A stretch of DNA of 27,478 bases, from positions 1 to 27,478 of IMG/VR virus record IMGVR_UViG_3300032227_000313; one strand, 5' to 3'. Shown here piece after piece: positions 9,361-16,317 of the stretch. The DNA is from a virus (lineage: Duplodnaviria > Caudoviricetes). Position 1 is the stretch's first letter, and the number at the start of each line of letters is the position of its first letter. The translations under genes and the position numbers were made by a program. The notes below the pieces were generated by a model. That model saw nothing but the letters and a program-made list of their open reading frames with translations, made no database searches and was not told the DNA's origin.

Positions 9361-9603
9361 TTAGTAGTTGGCGCCCTTGGCGCGGGGCGTACCGGACGAG
9401 GCAGACGAGAAGACGCCGCCACCGCTCTTGCGGGGCTTGCGGCCAGCGTGGGCCTCGGACATGACGCCCTCGGCCTTCATGCCAATCTTGCCGCCCTTTT
9501 TGAAGCCGTTGGTGGGCTTGGTGGACTCGGAAGCAACATTGCTGTCGCCGCCGGAATAAGCTGTGTGCTTCATAGCACCAGTCTTGGGAGCTTTACCCTT
9601 CAT
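9361..9603 (-). CDS. Small Lys/Gly-rich protein with FKKGG and RKSGG motifs
   Basis: 80 aa, AGGAG RBS; shares HAGRKPRKSGG with the 14550..16019 protein. Confidence 0.75.
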   Translation of the reverse strand: MKGKAPKTGAMKHTAYSGGDSNVASESTKPTNGFKKGGKIGMKAEGVMSEAHAGRKPRKSGGGVFSSASSGTPRAKGANY

Positions 9604-9620
9604 GACGATCTCCTATGGCC

Positions 9621-10079
9621 TTAAGCGTTAGCCGCTTGGATATAACGGACGACCAGCGTACCAGTGCCGGGGATGGTATCGGGTGCGCCGGACTTGATGT
9701 AGATGATGTCGTCAGACGTTCCGGTATTGAGCCAAGCACCAGTGCGGGTTGCGTCTGTGCCGGGGGTCAACTCAAGAAGGCCAACCGCATTGGCATTCGT
9801 AGCGGCAACCAGTTCAGTGGCCGTAGCAGAAGTGCCGACGCTGACGGTGTAGGTGGTCGTGGCGCTGGACCAAGCAATCGTCACGAACAGATCAATCGAG
9901 ACGATGATGCTGTTGGCGGGGATCACGATGGTCGTGGCAGCGGCGGTAGCCGACTGCGTAACAGTGGCATACTGCGCCATCTCAACGAAGCCAACATTCT
10001 TAATGGTTCCAGCAGTGGTGCCGGTCGTGTTAAGGACGTTGCCAGCCTTGATGGGGCCAGTGAAAGTGGTGATGCTCAT
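9621..10079 (-). CDS. Putative capsid decoration/minor structural protein
   Basis: MSITTFTGPIKAG start with AGGAGG at 10085-10090; Thr/Ala-rich beta protein directly after the major capsid gene. Confidence 0.65.
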   Translation of the reverse strand: MSITTFTGPIKAGNVLNTTGTTAGTIKNVGFVEMAQYATVTQSATAAATTIVIPANSIIVSIDLFVTIAWSSATTTYTVSVGTSATATELVAATNANAVGLLELTPGTDATRTGAWLNTGTSDDIIYIKSGAPDTIPGTGTLVVRYIQAANA

Positions 10080-10085
10080 TAGAGC

Positions 10086-10155
10086 CTCCTGCACGATAAG
10101 ATCACGCCGTCTGTGCAGAGTCCGCTAGGCCGGTCTGCGTGATCAAGTTACCTAG
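10086..10155 (-). ncRNA. Structured RNA resembling the Mu-gpT-DE motif (downstream element of gpT capsid genes)
   Basis: CTAGG...GATCACGC AGACCGG CCTAG CGGACTCTGCACAGACG GCGTGATC: GATCACGC/GCGTGATC stem plus CTAGG/CCTAG pseudoknot pairing, immediately downstream of a gpT-family capsid gene. Family match from memory, not searched. Confidence 0.6.
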
Positions 10156-10182
10156 AGAAAGCGGCGGGGCCGAAGCCCCGCC
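10155..10182 (-). terminator. Intrinsic terminator-like hairpin after the major capsid gene
   Basis: GGCGGGGC-TTCG-GCCCCGCC (cUUCGg tetraloop) then GCTTTCTCT; weak U-tract suggests partial read-through. Confidence 0.65.
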
Positions 10183-10191
10183 ACAGTAGGA

Positions 10192-11097
10192 TCAGGTCGG
10201 GAACGCGCCGTAGATCGAGCGCCAGTTGTAGTAACCGAAGCTGTAACGCTCGTAACCCTTGACGAGAAGATTGTCAGTCGTGAAGTCCACCTGCATGTCT
10301 GTTTCGAACTTGATGCGCTCCATGTAGGAGAGGCCATCAATGTTCGTCAGCAGGAACCACGCACGGGTCGAGGTCAAGAAGTCGTTGACCATGTAGCCCT
10401 CGGGCAGGCCGCCCGCAGTAGACATGATCGCATTGACGTCGTTGTCCGCAGTGCCGGGGCGCAGTTCGGTCTTCGTCAGACGAATGGCGACAGGCTCCAG
10501 AGCTGGCGGGATAACCAGACGGCGACCGCGAGCGAAGATCTTCAGACCAGCCTGATCTCGGAAGTTCGTGCGGATGGCGATCATGGACGCAAGCAGGGTG
10601 CTTTCGTTCAGATCGTTGGTCGTCAGGTTCGAAACCGTCGAACCATCAATCGGATGGCTGGCGGAGACGAGGGCCACGCCGTCACCGCCGACAGCACCGT
10701 TGTAGGTGGTCGCGGTGTTCAGCACGTTGGCGCCGTAGATTTCCTTGGTCTGATGGAAGGACTGGGTCAGGCCGAGGTTGGACGGAGCGAACTGGCTCTT
10801 GTATAGGTTGTCGTCGATGGCCTTGCGAGTGATCGCATAGCCGAGGCCGATCTCGGTGTGCTCCTGATTGTAGACATAACGCTCACCAGCGGCGTTATCG
10901 AAGGCGGTCTGCCCACCTTCAGTCTTCAACTGGGCGTAGCCAAGGAAACGCATCTCAGCGGTGCGCTCCAGAGCCATCTTCGAGTCATGCTTGGTGAAGA
11001 TCTTGTCGTACTGCGACGGGATCTGCTCATACTGACCCTCGACACCCCGGAGGCCGGGGAGGAGAAGGTCTTTGATAGCCGAAAGATTAACAGCCAT
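10192..11097 (-). CDS. Major capsid protein (HK97 fold, Mu gpT-like family)
   Basis: LLLPGL...KTEGG...HTEIGLGYAITRKAIDDNLY...QTKEIYGANVLN...GGDGVAL.SASHP...LVIPPALE...DFTTDNLLVKGYERYSFGY.NWR; strong codon bias; AGGAG RBS. Confidence 0.9.
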   Translation of the reverse strand: MAVNLSAIKDLLLPGLRGVEGQYEQIPSQYDKIFTKHDSKMALERTAEMRFLGYAQLKTEGGQTAFDNAAGERYVYNQEHTEIGLGYAITRKAIDDNLYKSQFAPSNLGLTQSFHQTKEIYGANVLNTATTYNGAVGGDGVALVSASHPIDGSTVSNLTTNDLNESTLLASMIAIRTNFRDQAGLKIFARGRRLVIPPALEPVAIRLTKTELRPGTADNDVNAIMSTAGGLPEGYMVNDFLTSTRAWFLLTNIDGLSYMERIKFETDMQVDFTTDNLLVKGYERYSFGYYNWRSIYGAFPT

Positions 11098-11112
11098 TGG
11101 TCCTTACTCCTG

Positions 11113-11697
11113 TTAGATGCCGGTCTGGTTCTTCGTGGTCACGTTGTTAAACGCCACGATAACCTGATTGTAAGCGCCAGCTTCGGTGCCGGGGGCTCCG
11201 GGGGGCTGGGTTACAAGGCTGATGATGCGGAAGGGGAGGGTGGCGGTCGTGGGACCGATGTTTGCAATATAAGCGCCCGAGATACCGTTGGCGGTATTTC
11301 CGGTGCCAATCGCGTAACCAACCGTGCCGTTCACGTCAGACTGGGCCACGCCGGTGGCGTCAGACTGGACAAGGAACTTCGCGTTCGGGTCGTTGACGAT
11401 GTAGCCGATGACCGTCTGGGTCGAGGCGACATCCGAGCCGGGCCAGTAGTTGGACCAGACGGTGCGCTTCTGGGAGACGGAAAGGTACTGGCAGCCGACA
11501 AAGATGCCAGCGATACCGGCGGCGGCAGTGGTGCCGTCACCCTGCACGACCTGACCGTTCGCGTCGGGCTCTACGGGGTCGCCGAAGAAGATGTTCGTGG
11601 CATTGTAAGCAATCTGAACGGCAACCTGTTCATAGGTGGGGGCAGAACCCGTGCCGCTGTACTGACGGAATCCAAAGGGGCTGTTTGTGTTAGCCAT
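11113..11697 (-). CDS. Capsid-associated structural (cement/decoration-like) protein
   Basis: MANTNSPFGFR...IFFGDPV...GIFVGCQY...YWP...YIVNDPNAKFLVQ; AGGAG RBS places the start at 11697 rather than 11796. Confidence 0.75.
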   Translation of the reverse strand: MANTNSPFGFRQYSGTGSAPTYEQVAVQIAYNATNIFFGDPVEPDANGQVVQGDGTTAAAGIAGIFVGCQYLSVSQKRTVWSNYWPGSDVASTQTVIGYIVNDPNAKFLVQSDATGVAQSDVNGTVGYAIGTGNTANGISGAYIANIGPTTATLPFRIISLVTQPPGAPGTEAGAYNQVIVAFNNVTTKNQTGI

Positions 11698-11703
11698 TGG
11701 ATA

Positions 11704-11790
11704 GCTCCTTTTCTGGGAGCAATTTGCAAGTTCCACGCCGGGGGATCTGCAAATCAAACAGAATGTGAGACTTTCACGCCGAGGAAAGCC
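11704..11790 (-). promoter_or_regulatory. Structured 5' leader of the capsid genes: two hairpins with CYCGGCGU loops and an RBS-occluding hairpin
   Basis: GGCTTTC-CTCGGCGT-GAAAGTC; ATTTGCAGATCC-CCCGGCGT-GGAACTTGCAAAT; GCTCC-CAGAAAA-GGAGC covering the SD. Confidence 0.6.
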
Positions 11791-11814
11791 AACCAATGGG
11801 AGGTCTGCTTTGGA

Positions 11815-11864
11815 ATATTACATACATAAACGATGTTGACAATAGCAATAAGATGCTCCATTAC
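11815..11864. promoter_or_regulatory. Putative overlapping divergent sigma70-type promoters (capsid genes on -, HNH gene on +)
   Basis: Minus strand TTGTCA-N16-TAATAT; plus strand TTGACA-N17-CATTAC; AT-rich intergenic DNA. Confidence 0.45.
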
Positions 11865-11887
11865 TGACATTCAATAGGAGGTGGCCA

Positions 11888-12376
11888 ATGAATAAAGATT
11901 TTTTTTCTAAGTATCTAAGTTACGACCCAGAAACAGGTTCCATTAAATGGAAAGTAAATCGGAAGGGTCCTGCAAGAGCAGGGCAAGAGGCAGGATCATT
12001 GCATAGACATGGATACATTCAAGTCGGCATTGAGGGGAAAACATATTTGGCTCATAGGATAGCAATTACAATGTCTGGAATATTGATTCTTGATAATGAT
12101 CAAATAGATCACATAAATTGTGACAGACGTGATAACAGTTTAAAAAATTTACGGGTAGCTACCCACGCACAAAATTGCCAAAACGCCACCAAAAGAAAAG
12201 ACAACAAAAGTGGCTTTAAGGGGGTTGGCTTTGACAAAAACCGCCGCAAATGGCGCGCAAGAGTAGGTTTTGACGGCAAACAAAAATGGCTTGGATATTT
12301 TTCTACACCAGAAGAGGCCCATGCAGCCTACAAAGAAGAATCAATAAGGCTGCATGGGAATTTTTCAAAAGATTAG
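11888..12376 (+). mobile_element. Free-standing HNH homing endonuclease with AP2 DNA-binding domain
   Basis: YDPETG.IKW, GYIQVGI, LAHRIA, IDHINCDRRDN.LKNLR.AT..QN, then SGFKGV...KWRARV...WLGYFSTPEEAHAAY; AGGAGG RBS; AT-rich and antisense to the operon. Confidence 0.92.
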
Positions 12377-12377
12377 A

Positions 12378-12920
12378 CTACAGATCCTCTGGGATCGGCA
12401 TGTCGAAGGTCTTCTTGATGCTGGGCTTTACCCGGTCAAGGGTGCCATCAGGAGTTCCAGAAAGCTGGGCCTCCTTCGTGCGGACCTGATCACGGGCGCG
12501 GCGCAGTTCAATCCGGCGGATCTCGTCAGAGATTTCCTTCGGGCGCTCCATGAGGATCATGCCCTTGCGCTCGATGGTGTTGCCATCCCAATTGGAGGGC
12601 ATCATGGCCTCATGGTCGGCGTCACGGTGAAGCGGGACCGGGTCCCAGCCCTCGCGGCGAAGCTGGACCGTGTAAGACGGATCTTCTTGGTTCCAAATCT
12701 TGTGGCGCTTCCACTCGTAGGACCAGCCGTCAGGCACAAGGCCCGGCGGGATGTAGAACTCGTCGGTGCCTTCGTCCATGCCGCCAATGTGGTCACGGAT
12801 TTGGGCGGCACGGGCTGCGGCGCGTGCGCGGGGGTCGTCTTCACGAACTTCGGGCCTCATGGGCGGACGCTCCGGGGTGGGGGATTGCTTCTCAGCGATT
12901 GCTCTTTGAAATTTAGTCAT
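12378..12920 (-). CDS. Conserved phage head-module protein
   Basis: PDGWSYEWKR...LRREGWDPVP...IERKGMILMERP pattern; ATGA overlap with the upstream gene. Confidence 0.75.
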   Translation of the reverse strand: MTKFQRAIAEKQSPTPERPPMRPEVREDDPRARAAARAAQIRDHIGGMDEGTDEFYIPPGLVPDGWSYEWKRHKIWNQEDPSYTVQLRREGWDPVPLHRDADHEAMMPSNWDGNTIERKGMILMERPKEISDEIRRIELRRARDQVRTKEAQLSGTPDGTLDRVKPSIKKTFDMPIPEDL

Positions 12921-13798
12921 TGCATGCGGCCTTCTTTTTTGAGCAACATTTTGTTGCGCGCATAGTCTTTCTCGGTCATGCCTAGGTCACGGGCAGTCTC
13001 AATCTCTTCCCGAGTGAGGCGCACCTCATTAGGGCGTGAGCCAGTGCCGCCACCACCACGGGACACTGGGGCAGCCGGGGGAGCAGACCGGCGCTGGGTT
13101 ACCTTGGCGGAGCCAGACATCGGGTCGTCGTCGTGGTCAATGGGGACGCGCTTGCTGATGCGGAGCGTGTCCTCAATGAGGCCGAAATAGTCGTCGCTGT
13201 CTGGCGTGTAGCCATCGGCGACGGCAAAGTTGTGGGCCGCAACCATCTTCTGATACATGCGCGGGTCAGTCACACACTGCGGATTGCGGCGAACCCAATC
13301 GGCAGAGCGGGGGGAAAGCTGCGAGGCCAGAGCCTCAACAGGGTCTGACGGGCGGGGAGGCTCAGGCGCCACGATCTTCGGGGCGTTTTCCATGTGGGAG
13401 CGACCACGCTCAAGCTCCATGAGCTTGGCGGAGTTGATCCCCATGTTCTCCTGTATCTCGGCGGCCTTTGTGTAGTCGCCAACGGACATTGCCTCGCTGT
13501 AATTGTACTTGAGGATGTCGTTGTTGCGCTTCACGGTGTCGATTGCGTTGCGGACAAGCTGCAAGTTGGTGTCCTGCACCTCGTTTTTGGCTTCCGCAGC
13601 ACTCTCAAAGGCCATTCTGGCGTTCTTTTCTGCCTCGATACGGGCAGATCGCTCACGTTCCAGCTTGGCTTTTAGCTCCTGAATGCCTTCTTCAGGGGCA
13701 ACTTCTTCTTTTTGAGCCGATTTTGGCTCATTTTCGACTTCAATGACTTCAATTTCATCATTTTGGTCGTTTTCGGGTGTTTTTTCAGTGTCTGACAT
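12917..13798 (-). CDS. Putative capsid scaffolding protein
   Basis: Acidic N-terminus, coiled-coil centre, C-terminal VRLTREEIETARDLGMTEKDYARNK helix; GAGG RBS gives the start at 13798; upstream of the capsid genes. Confidence 0.65.
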   Translation of the reverse strand: MSDTEKTPENDQNDEIEVIEVENEPKSAQKEEVAPEEGIQELKAKLERERSARIEAEKNARMAFESAAEAKNEVQDTNLQLVRNAIDTVKRNNDILKYNYSEAMSVGDYTKAAEIQENMGINSAKLMELERGRSHMENAPKIVAPEPPRPSDPVEALASQLSPRSADWVRRNPQCVTDPRMYQKMVAAHNFAVADGYTPDSDDYFGLIEDTLRISKRVPIDHDDDPMSGSAKVTQRRSAPPAAPVSRGGGGTGSRPNEVRLTREEIETARDLGMTEKDYARNKMLLKKEGRMQ

Positions 13799-13808
13799 GG
13801 ATTTTTCC

Positions 13809-14222
13809 TCAGTAAACACAGTCGGGGTGCGGGATACGCATGCGGACGGCAGTGTCATCAAACATCCGGCAAAGGACGCCGTTCACAGTGATGTTCCAAC
13901 CGTCGCTGGGGCGAAAGACAACCCAATCGCCACGGCTCAGATTGGCATTTCCGAACCACTTGCCTTCGTCATCAACGAAAGCAGACGGCCCAGCCTTCAA
14001 AATTAGCCCGACCTTGGACTGATAACGGTCCTCGTCGCGCGACTTTGTCGTCATGATAATGCCGCCCCGTGTTTTTTCGGGACGGATGTAGACGGCGACA
14101 AGCACTTGCGTGTTCATCAGTTCAAAGTTGGGCAGGATGTCGCCAATTTCTTTGTAAATGGCTTCCTTCGGGTCAACTTCGTGTTCCATCGCGATGTTGT
14201 GGTGTGCGGATACGTTAGACAT
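13809..14222 (-). CDS. GroES/Cpn10-like co-chaperonin
   Basis: VLVAVYIRPEKTRGGII mobile loop, VGLILKAGP, GDWVVF...G..ITVNG...RMFDD; GAGGGG RBS. Confidence 0.8.
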   Translation of the reverse strand: MSNVSAHHNIAMEHEVDPKEAIYKEIGDILPNFELMNTQVLVAVYIRPEKTRGGIIMTTKSRDEDRYQSKVGLILKAGPSAFVDDEGKWFGNANLSRGDWVVFRPSDGWNITVNGVLCRMFDDTAVRMRIPHPDCVY

Positions 14223-14233
14223 TACTTCCCCTC

Positions 14234-14446
14234 TCACTGGCCGCGTTCAATGCGGTTACAGATCGTTATCGCCTCGTCGCAGAACTCAAGAGCCATGCGG
14301 AGACCAGCGATTATTCCTATTTGGTGCTTGTAGGATGGGAAATCAATCGTACTCATGCCCGTTGAAAGGTTTTCTTTTTTGTTTTCAACGGCTTCGTCGA
14401 TCAATTTCTTCAGTTCGCGCTCAAAGAGCGTATTGAAAGTAAGCAC
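14234..14446 (-). CDS. Small helical phage protein (70 aa)
   Basis: GTG start after AGAGGGG; LSTG...DFPSYKHQIGIIAGLRMALE pattern common upstream of phage GroES genes. Confidence 0.7.
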   Translation of the reverse strand: MLTFNTLFERELKKLIDEAVENKKENLSTGMSTIDFPSYKHQIGIIAGLRMALEFCDEAITICNRIERGQ

Positions 14447-14480
14447 AAAGACCCCTCTTTGTTCCCCCCCTATGTTGACT

Positions 14481-14547
14481 GGGACGGCTGGCAGAGGGGA
14501 AAAGCCAGCCGCCCCACTTTCTCGCGGCAATTAGTTCGCCGCGAAAA
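14481..14547 (-). promoter_or_regulatory. Two tandem intergenic hairpins; the second loop is anti-SD-like
   Basis: TTTTCGCGGC-GAACTAATT-GCCGCGAGAAA and GGGGCGGCTGGC-TTTTCCCCTCT-GCCAGCCGTCCC. Confidence 0.5.
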
Positions 14548-14549
14548 CC

Positions 14550-16019
14550 TTACGCCCTGCGCTTCTGGATCTCGGTCTTCTCAAGGCGACCGAGGCCCGA
14601 ACCGGCGCCCGCATCCATGTCTTTGTAGGAACGGTAAACCTTGCCGCCAGCCTTGCGGCCCATCGGCGACGGGCCGGGTTGGGGCATCGGCATCGGCATG
14701 GGCATCGGCATGGGAGCGGGGGCCGGGGGAGCGCCACCCGGGGGCATGCCCATCGGGACGGGGACACCACCGGGGCCAGCGGGCGGCATGCCGGAGGGCA
14801 GGCCGGGCATACCAGCCATCTGGTCAAGCTTAGGAGAACCCGGGTTGATCACGATGTTGATGTTGGTCTTGCCCTTAGCCGCCTTGCCGCCAGTGGCGAG
14901 GCCTGTGGGCTTGCCCGGACCCATGTTGGGGAGGCTCAAGCCGCCGCCACCAAACTTGGCGGTGCGGGCTGCGGGCTTCACCATCTTGCGGATCAGCGCC
15001 TTGTCCTCGGCCACGTCCTCATGCTTTTTCGCCATTCCGCCCTTTTTGTAAGGCGAACCGGGCGCCCCAGAACCAAAATTCAGAGCGTTCTTCTTCACCA
15101 TGTCGCCGCGCATGTCGGCGCCAGCGGCGGGCATCGGGACCGTGCCGCCGTAGTCGTAGTGGCCAGCCTTGCCGCGCTTGGGCTTGGAGGCCGCGTCCTG
15201 CTTATTCTCAATCGCAATCTGCTCCTTCGTCGAGACGCCGGGCTTGCCGCCCACGTTCTCGGCGGGGCCGTAGTTGACGTTGCCGCCAGCCTTGCGGGAG
15301 CGGGTCACAGCGCCGTGGCCGGTGCGGGAGCCCGTGTCGGGGTCGGGCGTCTTGCTGGCCGGAGCCGTATCCTTGGGGCGGCGCGGGGGCTGCGGCGGCT
15401 CGTTGGACGTGACGGTGTCCTTGCCGGTGTAAGAATAGTCAAACCCGCCCGCGTTGCGGTGGGCGCGGCCACCCTTCTTGAAGCCCATCGTCTGGCCACG
15501 GACGGCCTTGAGGATGTCGGTCGGGGCGCCGCCAAGGGACTTGCCGGTGCGGCCACCCTTCTTGTAGTTCTCGCCGCTCAGGCTGCTGAGAAGCTTGTCC
15601 TTGATCTTCATCGCCTCGTCGGAGGCCAAGTCACCGGCCACGCGGTCGCCGAGGGTGCGCAGGAAGCCGCCCTCCTTCTTGGCGGTTCCGCCGCGCTTCA
15701 TGCCGCCGATGTGCTTCTTGCCCTCGCGGCTCTCATTCGCTTCCTTCTGGTTGCGGTTGATGAGGCTGTCGGCGGTGATGGCGCGGCCACCGGACTTGCG
15801 GGGCTTGCGGCCCGCGTGTGTCTCGGCCTTCATGCCCTCGACCTTGCCGCCCTTCTTGTAGGCGCGGGGCGAAATTGGACGCATGCCCGTCTTCACGTCT
15901 GCGTTAAGCAGCGGGGCGGGGGTAAAGTCGGAACTGTCTACCTTCTGATCTTTTTCACCGGCGAGGCGCTTGGCCTTGCCGCGCATGGCCTCTCGGGCCT
16001 TTTTTGCCATCTCATACAT
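14550..16019 (-). CDS. Basic low-complexity protein with about 14 xxxGG motifs; possible internal head protein or polyprotein
   Basis: GAGGAG RBS before ATG 16019; repeated YKKGG/FKKGG/RKAGG/RKSGG; Pro-Met-rich C-terminal tract. Confidence 0.75.
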   Translation of the reverse strand: MYEMAKKAREAMRGKAKRLAGEKDQKVDSSDFTPAPLLNADVKTGMRPISPRAYKKGGKVEGMKAETHAGRKPRKSGGRAITADSLINRNQKEANESREGKKHIGGMKRGGTAKKEGGFLRTLGDRVAGDLASDEAMKIKDKLLSSLSGENYKKGGRTGKSLGGAPTDILKAVRGQTMGFKKGGRAHRNAGGFDYSYTGKDTVTSNEPPQPPRRPKDTAPASKTPDPDTGSRTGHGAVTRSRKAGGNVNYGPAENVGGKPGVSTKEQIAIENKQDAASKPKRGKAGHYDYGGTVPMPAAGADMRGDMVKKNALNFGSGAPGSPYKKGGMAKKHEDVAEDKALIRKMVKPAARTAKFGGGGLSLPNMGPGKPTGLATGGKAAKGKTNINIVINPGSPKLDQMAGMPGLPSGMPPAGPGGVPVPMGMPPGGAPPAPAPMPMPMPMPMPQPGPSPMGRKAGGKVYRSYKDMDAGAGSGLGRLEKTEIQKRRA

Positions 16020-16064
16020 GCTTTTGCTCCTCGGAGATTCCGGCGTCCCGGTTGCCACTGCGGC

Positions 16065-16099
16065 TTGCGCATTATACACTAATTAGGTAATCCTCAAAC
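16065..16099. promoter_or_regulatory. Putative divergent promoters between the xxxGG gene (-) and the small antisense ORF (+)
   Basis: Perfect TATAAT on the minus strand at 16071-16076 with TTTGAG upstream; plus strand TTGCGC-N17-TAATCC; CTAATTAG palindrome between them. Confidence 0.45.
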
Positions 16100-16119
16100 T
16101 GACCCTATGGAGATCCAAG

Positions 16120-16317
16120 ATGGACGACAACCAGACCCCCGAAATGCGCCACGAGGAAGTTCTTGAGTTAATCGAGATGATCCTCAACACCGCAGGGGTC
16201 AACGCAAACCCCAAGATTTTCTCGGCCATCTGCCAGCTAGACGCCGCCATCTGCGAAGCTCTCGGCCTTGACGTAAAAGTTCACGCGATGGCCGACAGTA
16301 TCACTCCAACGGAATAG
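16120..16317 (+). CDS. Small acidic hypothetical protein, antisense to the late operon
   Basis: 65 aa, GGAG RBS (atggagatccaagATG); lies in otherwise non-coding space and overlaps the convergent gene's 3' end by 17 nt. Confidence 0.65.
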   Translation: MDDNQTPEMRHEEVLELIEMILNTAGVNANPKIFSAICQLDAAICEALGLDVKVHAMADSITPTE

